Source: an uncultured Desulfatitalea sp. | GTDB lineage: Bacteria > Desulfobacterota > Desulfobacteria > Desulfobacterales > Desulfosarcinaceae | NCBI GenBank assembly: GCA_963668675.2 | Contig: CAXXMB010000002.1 | Coordinates: 512,001-576,000, forward strand | DNA length: 64,000 nucleotides | Direction of reading: 5' to 3' | Shown here: positions 30,665 through 39,285 of the stretch, piece by piece | Layout: each line of letters opens with the position of its first letter | Position numbering within the stretch: position 1 is the stretch's first letter | The notes under the pieces: generated by a model | Databases searched by the model: none | What the model was told of the DNA's origin: nothing | What the model saw: the letters and a program-made list of their open reading frames with translations, nothing else | Position numbers and translations under genes: made by a program

Positions 30665-30872
30665 GCAACCGATCAAACGTTGACAACCCAGGCAGGCTGT
30701 GGTCTTTTGAAATATCCCTGCACTGCGACGGGATGTACTTTTTTCGGATGCGACACCGTACGCTCAGCCCCACTGCTCTTCAGCTCCACCGTTCCATGGA
30801 AGTGATGCCCGCAACGGCATTGAACATAGATGCTCAGTTCTCAACCATCAACCCGATAAGGAGGATTGAACC

Positions 30873-31301
30873 ATGGTGCGATTCATCAAAGCGACAACCT
30901 GCCTGGCGTTTGTTGTGCTCATTGCGTGCCTCGGCTTCACGGGCTGCGCCGGTAAAAAGATCAAGCCAGGCGAAATCGTCCCTTGCGTGCCCGAAGCAAA
31001 GTTGGAGAAGAAGTCCTCTCCTGAGGCGGCCATCGAGGATCTCTCGTGCACCTTAAAGAAGTGGGAAGGCAGTGACACCCTGCATTTCAACATCACGATA
31101 AAAAATATCAGCAGTCAACCCCAGCGCTACCGTGTCCATATCTTCCTCGACAACGGTAAAGCCGTGGGAGGGCTCATTCCAAGGAAAACCAAGAAAGGTC
31201 TGGTCGAACCGGGGGCTTCGGCCTCGTTCGAGTATCCGGTCAAGGGGATGACCTGTTTGCCAAAATCATTGACCGTAGTGGTCAAGACCATGCAGCCATA
31301 A
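30873..31301 (+). CDS. Hypothetical lipoprotein (beta-rich)
   Basis: Lipobox GFTGC, GAGGA RBS, first gene of the TAXI cluster. Confidence 0.7.
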   Translation: MVRFIKATTCLAFVVLIACLGFTGCAGKKIKPGEIVPCVPEAKLEKKSSPEAAIEDLSCTLKKWEGSDTLHFNITIKNISSQPQRYRVHIFLDNGKAVGGLIPRKTKKGLVEPGASASFEYPVKGMTCLPKSLTVVVKTMQP

Positions 31302-31331
31302 CAGATGAAAAGAGAAAGGGAGGTTCCTGAT

Positions 31332-32300
31332 ATGAAATGCGTCAAATACATCATCCTGCTCCTCTTATGGATCGCTCTGATCGCTTCTCCGGTCATGGCC
31401 AAGACAACCTTCATTAGCATCGGCACCGGCGGCACCGGGGGAATCTACTACCCCTATGGCGGCGGGGTGGCCGAGATCTGGTCCAAATATGTGAAAGACG
31501 TCAAAGCGGTTGCCGAGGTGACCGGCGCCAGCGTCGAGAACGTCAAACTGGCCCACAAAGGCGAAACGGTGATCGGTGAAGTGATGGGGGATGTGGCCGT
31601 AGCCGGTTTCAAGGGCCAAAGCAAATTCAAGGGGAAAAAGCATGACATTTTCTCCATGGCGATCATGTATCCCAATCTGCTGCAGATCGTCAGCTTGAAG
31701 AAGAGTGGCATCACCGATATCATGCAGCTCAAAGGGCGCAGCATCAGCACCGGAAGCCCGGGCAGCGGAACCAACTTCATGGCCGAGGCGGTCCTCAGCG
31801 CACTCGATATCAACAAGGGCGACTATAAAGACAGCCGCCTCTCCTTCACCGAGAGCGCCAACGCCCTGCGCGACGGCACCATCGATGTCGGCATCTGGTC
31901 CGTTGGACCCGGCACCAGCTCGATCCTCGACTTGGCCACGACCCACGAAATCCACGTGATTGGTTTCACCCCCGAGCAGGCCGAAAAGATTCTGGCGGCC
32001 AACAAAACCTACTCTTCGGTTGATCTGGCCGGCGGCGTCTACCGAGGAATCGATCAACCGGTCTCCACCATTGGGGTGTGGAATGTCATGATCTGCCAGG
32101 CCTCACTGCCGACGGATCTTGTCTACCAGTTGGTCAAGGCGCTTTATGAACACAACGACTATCTGCTGAAAATTCACCCGTCAGCAGCCTACACGACCCC
32201 GGAGAACGCAGTAAAGTACTCCCCGATCCCCCTGCATCCGGGCACCATCAAGTACTTGGAAGAAAAAGGTGTCGCGGTTCCCGACAAACTACGGCCATAA
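31332..32300 (+). CDS. TAXI-family TRAP substrate-binding protein
   Basis: IGTGGTGGIYYP.G, TGASVEN, GSPGSG, IPLHPG. Confidence 0.93.
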   Translation: MKCVKYIILLLLWIALIASPVMAKTTFISIGTGGTGGIYYPYGGGVAEIWSKYVKDVKAVAEVTGASVENVKLAHKGETVIGEVMGDVAVAGFKGQSKFKGKKHDIFSMAIMYPNLLQIVSLKKSGITDIMQLKGRSISTGSPGSGTNFMAEAVLSALDINKGDYKDSRLSFTESANALRDGTIDVGIWSVGPGTSSILDLATTHEIHVIGFTPEQAEKILAANKTYSSVDLAGGVYRGIDQPVSTIGVWNVMICQASLPTDLVYQLVKALYEHNDYLLKIHPSAAYTTPENAVKYSPIPLHPGTIKYLEEKGVAVPDKLRP

Positions 32301-32325
32301 ATTCAAGACGATTATGCTACTGTCC

Positions 32326-32348
32326 CGGGCGGGCATAAAGCCCGCCCG
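32326..32348. other. Intercistronic GC-rich stem-loop after the SBP gene
   Basis: CGGGCGGGC-ATAAA-GCCCGCCCG perfect 9-bp stem with no U-tract. Confidence 0.55.
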
Positions 32349-32434
32349 CATATTCTTCAAAATTGCAGGACACTGACCCAAAATTTTCAGCAGACTTCAA
32401 TCGCTATTACCTTCTCTGCAAAGCAGAGGCCTGA

Positions 32435-32989
32435 ATGAAGCGCTTCTTCCAAAAACGCATTGCAATGGCCGTCATTGGGTTCACTCTACTTTTCATTGCC
32501 GGGGGATTCTACCTTCCAGGGGGCGTAGAGCTCTGTGTGACGCCAATGTCAGGGGAAAGACCGCTGCTGGTGCTGCCGCTTGAAGAGGGAGAACACTTTA
32601 CGATCCACTACTACCATTCGGTGGAGAATGCGCCCATATGGGAGGTTCACAGCACCGACAGGTCAGGTCACATCTATATCGAGGAGGAGATCTATCTAAA
32701 ATTCGGCGCCGGCATGGGAAAAATGCCGGGGGTGGGCCGCATGGTCACCCGCGGGCCATATGAAGCGATCGAGGGCATGCATATGCCCATCGGGACTTTT
32801 ATTCTTCGCATCGGCAGCCCCGGAGTCGATCATACGGTGATCTGGCGAGGTATTCGCACCAATCTCTCCAGCATGGCACCACATGCCGCGGCAATGTTCT
32901 CGGCCAAGCCGGTATCCTGGCTTTATCGCACCTGGCGAAACTTTTTTCCTCACACGGCAACACCACTCAGCAGAGAAAGTGAACAATGA
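32435..32989 (+). CDS. DUF1850-like TAXI-TRAP accessory protein
   Basis: F.I.Y.HSVE..P..E and FGAG motifs; lies between the SBP and the permease. Confidence 0.8.
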   Translation: MKRFFQKRIAMAVIGFTLLFIAGGFYLPGGVELCVTPMSGERPLLVLPLEEGEHFTIHYYHSVENAPIWEVHSTDRSGHIYIEEEIYLKFGAGMGKMPGVGRMVTRGPYEAIEGMHMPIGTFILRIGSPGVDHTVIWRGIRTNLSSMAPHAAAMFSAKPVSWLYRTWRNFFPHTATPLSRESEQ

Positions 32990-34962
32990 CGAATACGCCG
33001 CAACCCGCAGCCCAAAACGCCAACCAGGCCCTGGTCACCACTACGGCCAAAATCGTCATGGTCGTCGCCATCGCTCTGAGCCTTTACCAGCTCTACACAG
33101 CCGGGATAACGGCTCTCACCGCCCTCGTGCAGCGCTCGATCCACCTGGGGGCCATCTTGACCTTGACATTTCTCCTGAAACCACCCTTTGGCAAGGCTTC
33201 CAAGGACAGTCTCAATATCTGGGTGCTGATCGACTGGCTGCTTGTAGCGGCATCGATCTACTGCACGGCATATATCTGCATCAACCTGACTGATATCTTC
33301 GAACGCCAGGGAGACTGGCTGGCGACGGACCGGGTAGTAAGTATCATCGGCACCATACTGGTCCTCGAAGCGTGCCGTCGGGTGATCGGCATCTTCATGA
33401 CCGGGATCTGTATCGTGGGGATGGTCTATGCCTACTTTGGCCCCTACATGCCTGAGCTGATCATCCATAAAGGCTACTCCATAGAACGGATCACCACGAC
33501 GCTATGGCTGACGACCGAAGGTATCTTCGGGCTGCCCATTGGCGTCGCGGCTACCTTTGTATTTGTCTTCGTCCTCTTTGGCGCCTTTCTGGAAACCACC
33601 GGCGGCGGCAACTTCTTCATCGAGCTGGCCTACGCCCTCACCGGCCGCTTCTCGGGCGGCCCGGCCAAGACATCGGTGGTCGCCTCCGGTTTCATGGGTT
33701 CGGTCTCCGGGTCGGCCGTGGGCAATGTCGTCGCCACCGGATCGTTCACCATCCCCATGATGAAGCGGGTTGGCTACCGGCCACACGTGGCCGGCGCCAT
33801 CGAAGCGGCCGCCTCGACCGGAGGGCAGCTCATGCCCCCCATCATGGGCGCCGGCGCATTCCTCATGGCCGAATTCACCAATACCAGCTACCTCACGATC
33901 ATCAAGGTCGCCCTCGTTCCAGCCATCATGTACTATGTCACCGTACTCTTCTTCGTCCACTTCGAAGCCAAGAAGCAGGGGCTTGAAGGACAGCCCAGAG
34001 ATAAGCTGCCCCGTGTCGGACAAACCGTTAAAAACGGCCTGCATTTCATCGTTCCGGTAGCAATATTGATCTATGTCCTGGTCAATAACTATTCACCCAT
34101 GATGGCCGGTTTTGTCGCTGTGGTCAGCACCGTCGCCGCCAGCATGAGCGCCAATGCGGTGCGCTGGTTCGGCGGTATCGATCAACCGGCGAGCGGGGGC
34201 AAAAAAAGAACAGCGCTCGCTTTTGCCAAGGACGAACTCGATAGTGTCAAAACCGCGCTCGAGAAAGGCGCTAAAAACGCCATCATGGTATCGGTGGCCT
34301 GCGCCGCAGCGGGTATCATTGTGGGAATGGTGACGCTCACCGGTATGGGATTGAAGTTCTCCAGCCTGGTGCTCGAATTGAGCTTCGGGATTAAAGCGTT
34401 GGCCATCCTGCTTATCGGTGCCGCTAGTTTGGTACTTGGCATGGGACTTCCGGTCACCGCAAGTTACATCGTACTGGCCACCCTGGCCGGCCCCGCCCTG
34501 CTCGACATGGGCGTCCCTCTGCTGGTCAGTCACATGATCGTCTTCTGGTACTCCCAGGATGCCAACGTGACTCCGCCTGTCAGCCTGGCCAGCTTTGCCG
34601 GGGCAGGCGTGGCCGGAGCCAATCCCATGCGAACCGCCTTTACGTCCTGGAAACTGGCCAAAGGGCTCTACATCATCCCTATCGTCATGGCGTACCGTCC
34701 CCTGTTGGGAATCGGCCCGACCTACCGGCTGCTCGACTGGGAAGTGGGGTGGACTATGCTGACGACCATGCTGGGACTCATCGCCTTTGCCGCCGGTATC
34801 GAACGCTATCTGATCCGACGAGCAACGTGGCTTGAAACCATGATTTTCCTTGCTTCAGCGGCCTGTCTCCTGTGGCCGCATCACTGGATCGATGTGGCCG
34901 GAGCCGCCCTCTTCGCCACCGCTGTGGCCATGCAAAAGCTGATCAGTATTGAACAAAAGTAG
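32986..34962 (+). CDS. TRAP 4TM/12TM fused permease
   Basis: GGPAK, SGSAVGNV, ASTGGQLMPPIMGAGAF, GMGLP, TPPV. Confidence 0.93.
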   Translation: MTNTPQPAAQNANQALVTTTAKIVMVVAIALSLYQLYTAGITALTALVQRSIHLGAILTLTFLLKPPFGKASKDSLNIWVLIDWLLVAASIYCTAYICINLTDIFERQGDWLATDRVVSIIGTILVLEACRRVIGIFMTGICIVGMVYAYFGPYMPELIIHKGYSIERITTTLWLTTEGIFGLPIGVAATFVFVFVLFGAFLETTGGGNFFIELAYALTGRFSGGPAKTSVVASGFMGSVSGSAVGNVVATGSFTIPMMKRVGYRPHVAGAIEAAASTGGQLMPPIMGAGAFLMAEFTNTSYLTIIKVALVPAIMYYVTVLFFVHFEAKKQGLEGQPRDKLPRVGQTVKNGLHFIVPVAILIYVLVNNYSPMMAGFVAVVSTVAASMSANAVRWFGGIDQPASGGKKRTALAFAKDELDSVKTALEKGAKNAIMVSVACAAAGIIVGMVTLTGMGLKFSSLVLELSFGIKALAILLIGAASLVLGMGLPVTASYIVLATLAGPALLDMGVPLLVSHMIVFWYSQDANVTPPVSLASFAGAGVAGANPMRTAFTSWKLAKGLYIIPIVMAYRPLLGIGPTYRLLDWEVGWTMLTTMLGLIAFAAGIERYLIRRATWLETMIFLASAACLLWPHHWIDVAGAALFATAVAMQKLISIEQK

Positions 34963-35214
34963 CGATTTGAGCCGATGGCAGGATGCTCTGCCGGGAGGTT
35001 GTGTATTGGCTTCATGTGTAAACAGTGTTTAACCTGACTTCTCAATTTCTGTTCTGTTGCCTCTATACCCTCTGCAATCCAAGCTTTCTGATCTTAGACG
35101 TCAATATACTCGGAAAGATCGAAATCCTCGAATCCCACTATGGTGGAGGGGTTTTCTTTCATTGTTCCCGCAAATAGCCCCTTACAATCCGTTCTTTTAA
35201 GCCTTGGATAGATG

Positions 35215-36525
35215 CTACACAAGATAGCTCTGAAATAGTACTGCAAATCCGAGAAAGGCAAAAAAGCCTATGACGTCAGTGATCGTGGTTAAAATGATAT
35301 TCGCACTTTGTGCCGGGTCTAAGCCGATGCGTTTCATTAGAAGAGGTATGGCAGCACCTGATAATCCAGCAAAAAACAGATTAACCAACATGCCCAATCC
35401 GATTACCAGCCCCAGGTAGGGATTGCCCACCCAAACCCAAGCCACGATAGCGGTGATCACACCAATAATTGTTCCATTGATTGCACCCAACTTACCCTCC
35501 TTGAGGACAAGTGCAATAGTCCGCTTCTTGGGAATTTCCCGCATCACAATCCCTCGCATGACAACGGCCAGGGATTGGGCACCGGCATTGCCGCCCTGTC
35601 CGGCAACCACCGGAAGAAATACAGCCAAAATCGTTATTTTTGCAATGATGCCTTCAAAAAGCGCCACTACGGACGCAGCCATGAATGCCGTAATCAGGTT
35701 CACATTCAGCCAGAGGAGCCGTTTTTTCAGTGAGAAAAAAATGTTCGAAAATGGCCTCTCATCTGCGCTTACACCGAACATAAGTTGGATGTCCTGCGCC
35801 GTGCCATCCTGGACACCTTTGATCAATCGTTCCGCCTTGATGATACCGAGTATATGGTTTTCACTGTCTACCACCGGCGCGGCAAAATATCGCCGCTTGG
35901 ACAATTCATTGGCTGCGTCTTGTATATCGGTAAAGCAATGCAGTGAAAATATATCTTTCTGGGCAATTGACTCGAGCGGTTCCTGCGGTGGTGCAATCAT
36001 CAAATCGCGCATGTTCAATACACCGAAAAGGTGCAGGTCTTCATCGACCACATACGCATAGGAAGACGGCATGCGTTTTTTGGCCAGCGATCGGATCTTG
36101 CTAATGGCTTCTCGCGCAAGAGCACCTTTGCTGAAAGACAAAAAGTCTGACGTCATAATCCGGCCGACACTGTCCTGGGGATATTCCAGAAGCTCCCGGA
36201 TCTGCCCCTCGGTTTTTTCGGGGATATGGGCTCTGATGCGCTCACGGGATTCTTTGGATAGGTGCATCAGAAGGGATGCCAGGAACTGGGGCTCAATCTG
36301 CGAAGTAATCCGGTGAAGAAAGTCGTCACTGGTAAAATTCAGCAAGGTTGCTGCATAGCTGATCTGCAGGTGCTTGACGACACGAACGGCAAGTCCCGGC
36401 GGCAACGATTCAAGCACACCGGCGGCTTCCGAATCCTTCATGCTTTCAAGGATATGCGACGCCGTCGAAATATCCTGATCGAAAAACTTGATGATCAAGG
36501 GCAAAAAAATCGCATGATCACTCAT
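35215..36525 (-). CDS. mgtE: Magnesium transporter MgtE
   Basis: N-domain, tandem CBS domains (GRIMT, YAYVVD), GQGGNAGAQ, DPA, TTITDV. Confidence 0.9.
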   Translation of the reverse strand: MSDHAIFLPLIIKFFDQDISTASHILESMKDSEAAGVLESLPPGLAVRVVKHLQISYAATLLNFTSDDFLHRITSQIEPQFLASLLMHLSKESRERIRAHIPEKTEGQIRELLEYPQDSVGRIMTSDFLSFSKGALAREAISKIRSLAKKRMPSSYAYVVDEDLHLFGVLNMRDLMIAPPQEPLESIAQKDIFSLHCFTDIQDAANELSKRRYFAAPVVDSENHILGIIKAERLIKGVQDGTAQDIQLMFGVSADERPFSNIFFSLKKRLLWLNVNLITAFMAASVVALFEGIIAKITILAVFLPVVAGQGGNAGAQSLAVVMRGIVMREIPKKRTIALVLKEGKLGAINGTIIGVITAIVAWVWVGNPYLGLVIGLGMLVNLFFAGLSGAAIPLLMKRIGLDPAQSANIILTTITDVIGFFAFLGFAVLFQSYLV

Positions 36526-37102
36526 TCAATTTTTCCTTTGTGAAGTAGGTTAGCGGCCACCAACCATAATACAGCGGTGACCATCGATTTTCCTCATAGT
36601 ACTTGCTGAACAATGGGCAAGCCACTCTATTTTTCTGTCAAACGGGTTTAAAATTCGCTGACGCGTTCAGCCTATGGGTAATCGGTGGTGACTGAAATGG
36701 TCTCTAAGGGCACCAGCGAACCGGTATAGAACCCTCTCAGGTGCCGAGAAGAAGAGAATAAAGAATGGCTTTGGCCCGCTTGCCCAGATTCATCACTAAA
36801 ATCTAAATGGCCACTGCCGTCTATGAAATACAGTATAACTTGCACATGATTTGCTTTCCACAGGCCTGCATAGTATTATTAACCACCTTGTTTCCGAATA
36901 TTCTATAATGGAAAAATGGGGCACAATCAATATTCGAGGAATCGTGATTGCCTCCGCCTGGAAGCAGAATGGTGAAATTTCGGCAGTGGCCATCGCTGGA
37001 TATGATGAAATACGATATCGGATTGCGGATGATCATTTAGGCGCACAACTACGCGCGCTGATCAAAAAAAGAATCTTTTATGGCCAACCGAAAACAGGGG
37101 CG

Positions 37103-37855
37103 ATGCTGAAAAAATTATTTCTCAATTTAATTAAACCCCTTGGCAAGGCTCTGATTGGCGCATGCCGTGATTTGGCACCCATCATCATCGTCATCGCCAT
37201 TTTTCAAATCCTGGTCCTGCGTCAACCCTTCCCTGATTTGGTTTCGACTCTGGCCGGACTGGCATTGGTCATCACAGGGTTGGCTCTTTTTGTGGTTGGT
37301 CTGGACATCGGCCTGTTTCCTCTCGGCGAAATGTTGGCTGAAGAATTCGCCCGTAAGGGCAGCCTCGTCTGGTTGTTGGTGTTCGCTTTTGCCTTGGGTT
37401 TCGGCACCACCGTTGCGGAACCGGCCCTTATTGCCGTCACCCGCGAAGGAGCGAGAGCTGCGGCAGACGCCGTTCTTATCGATAACTCTCCCCACGCATT
37501 GCAACGATATGCGCTGCATGTCCGCTTGACGGTTGCCTTTTCTGTCGGCTTCGCAATCGTGGTGGGTGTGTTGAGAATTCTTCGGGGATGGTCGTTGCCG
37601 ATCATCGTCGTGGGCGGCTATATTCTCGTCATGGCAATGACGTTCTTCGCGCCCAAGGAGATCGTGGGATTGGCATATGATTTAGGCGGCGTGACCACCT
37701 CAACCGTCACCGTACCCCTGGTAACCGCCTTAGGGGTGGGGTTGGCCCGCACCATTCGTGGAAGGAATCCGTTGAGTGACGGCTTCGGATTGATAGCACT
37801 TGCATCTCTTGCCCCCATGATTTTTGTCATGGGATATGGATTCTTTGTGTATTAG
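37103..37855 (+). CDS. DUF1538 membrane protein
   Basis: GLFPLGE, TVAEPAL, D.GGVTTSTVTVP, DGFGLIA; the frame is open further upstream to 36851. Confidence 0.85.
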   Translation: MLKKLFLNLIKPLGKALIGACRDLAPIIIVIAIFQILVLRQPFPDLVSTLAGLALVITGLALFVVGLDIGLFPLGEMLAEEFARKGSLVWLLVFAFALGFGTTVAEPALIAVTREGARAAADAVLIDNSPHALQRYALHVRLTVAFSVGFAIVVGVLRILRGWSLPIIVVGGYILVMAMTFFAPKEIVGLAYDLGGVTTSTVTVPLVTALGVGLARTIRGRNPLSDGFGLIALASLAPMIFVMGYGFFVY

Positions 37856-37862
37856 GAGCCCC

Positions 37863-38606
37863 ATGGAACTGTTTCTAAATCCGACCAAATTACTGCTGGC
37901 CACAGCCAAGGATGTGCTGCCGGTTCTCGCGCTTCTTGTGGTATTTCAGATGGCGGTCTTGCGAAGGCCTTTGCCAAGGCCGGGCAGAATTGTTTTTGGA
38001 TTTATTTTAGTGCTCGTCGGCATGGCTTGTTTTCTGGGGGGCCTTGACCTGGCCCTTTTTCCGGTGGGCAGGGCCATGGCGCTGCAATTGTCTGCTAGTG
38101 CCCAGACTGGAAGCAGCTGGTCCGCTTATGGATGGATATACCTTTTTGCTTTTCTCGTCGGGTTTTCAACCACCATTGCCGAGCCATCACTGATCGCTGT
38201 CGCCAATAAGGCTGAAGAGGCGTCGTACAAAGCCGTATCGTCAAAAGGCTTGCGCATCGCGGTGGCGTTGGGTGTTGCCGTGGGCATCACACTTGGCACA
38301 TTTCGAATTGTCACCGGAACTCCACTGTACCTTTACATTCTTTTTGGATATATGGTTGTGGCAATCCAGACCTATTTTGCACCTCGCATGATTATCCCAC
38401 TGGCGTACGATTCCGGCGGGGTCACCACCTCCACGGTTACTGTTCCATTGGTTGCAGCGCTCGGCTTGGGGTTGGCGTCCAATATCCCTGGCCGCAGTCC
38501 GGTGCTGGATGGTTTCGGACTAATTGCCTTTGCCAGCCTGTTTCCGATCATCAGTGTCCTGGGATACGCCCAATTGGCCCAGTGGGTGGTCGGACGGCGA
38601 AAATGA
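37863..38606 (+). CDS. DUF1538 membrane protein (paralogue)
   Basis: TIAEPSL, DSGGVTTSTVTVP, DGFGLIA; AGGAG RBS. Confidence 0.85.
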   Translation: MELFLNPTKLLLATAKDVLPVLALLVVFQMAVLRRPLPRPGRIVFGFILVLVGMACFLGGLDLALFPVGRAMALQLSASAQTGSSWSAYGWIYLFAFLVGFSTTIAEPSLIAVANKAEEASYKAVSSKGLRIAVALGVAVGITLGTFRIVTGTPLYLYILFGYMVVAIQTYFAPRMIIPLAYDSGGVTTSTVTVPLVAALGLGLASNIPGRSPVLDGFGLIAFASLFPIISVLGYAQLAQWVVGRRK

Positions 38607-38682
38607 ACCCAGATAGGATTGACCCCTGTTCGAAAATTTCGACCTTATATCCGCCGCGAACCTGGAAAGAAGGGAGCCTGCA

Positions 38683-39000
38683 ATGGCACATAAATGCATT
38701 ATTGCAATGGTAAAACCGAACCTGACCGAACATGTCTTAAAGTCAGCAAAAGCGGCCGGAGCCACCGGGGCGACGATCATACCGGCATCGGGAACCGGTG
38801 CCGGTGAGGCCAAAACGTTTTTCGGGCTCAGTCTCGACATACGCACCGAGATCGTGCTTTTTGTCGTTAACGAAACCAATGTTGAAGGCATCCTAAACGC
38901 CATCGAGAAGGCCGGACGGTTCAGTGAACCGGGCACCGGCATAGCCCTGGTAATGCCGATAGAACGGATAGCCGGCATGGAAAGCCAGAATTCACGCTAA
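38683..39000 (+). CDS. P-II family regulatory protein
   Basis: AAGATGATII..GTG, GTGIA...P; typical partner of DUF1538 pairs. Confidence 0.85.
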   Translation: MAHKCIIAMVKPNLTEHVLKSAKAAGATGATIIPASGTGAGEAKTFFGLSLDIRTEIVLFVVNETNVEGILNAIEKAGRFSEPGTGIALVMPIERIAGMESQNSR

Positions 39001-39033
39001 AAATCGTGATCTCATCAAACCAGGGAAAGCGAC

Positions 39034-39190
39034 ATGTCATCATCGTTGGATATTTGGAAACTGTTGGCCGGAATCGGTATTTTTCTGTTTGGGATGCTTT
39101 TGATCGAGAAACAGAATTCAGGCGAACACACTCAATGAGGCAGAGATCAAGGCGCTTGAGCGCATAATATATGCATCCAGGAGCTCAACG
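39034..39190 (+). pseudogene. Remnant of a Na/Pi-cotransporter family gene
   Basis: ATG 39034 reads MSSSLDIWKLLAGIGIFLFGMLLIE (family N-terminal G+G+FLFGM motif) and stops at 39138; end coordinate approximate. Confidence 0.6.
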
Positions 39191-39285
39191 ACCAATCCAC
39201 AGCCCTTTCAGACCGCGGCCAGCTCAAATCACAAAAGAATCTACCTGCAATCAAGGAGATCCTGTGTTTCACGTAGTATCCGCTC

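Noticed and set aside
35094..35180. Short minus-strand frame ...STIVGFEDFDLSEYIDV* downstream of mgtE
   Set aside because: May be a gene remnant but has no start codon and no family I can recognise
36695..36760. Glycine riboswitch-like fragment (CTCTCAGGTGCC...AGAG)
   Set aside because: The upstream GGAGA and CCGAAG elements are not recognisable; would need an Rfam search
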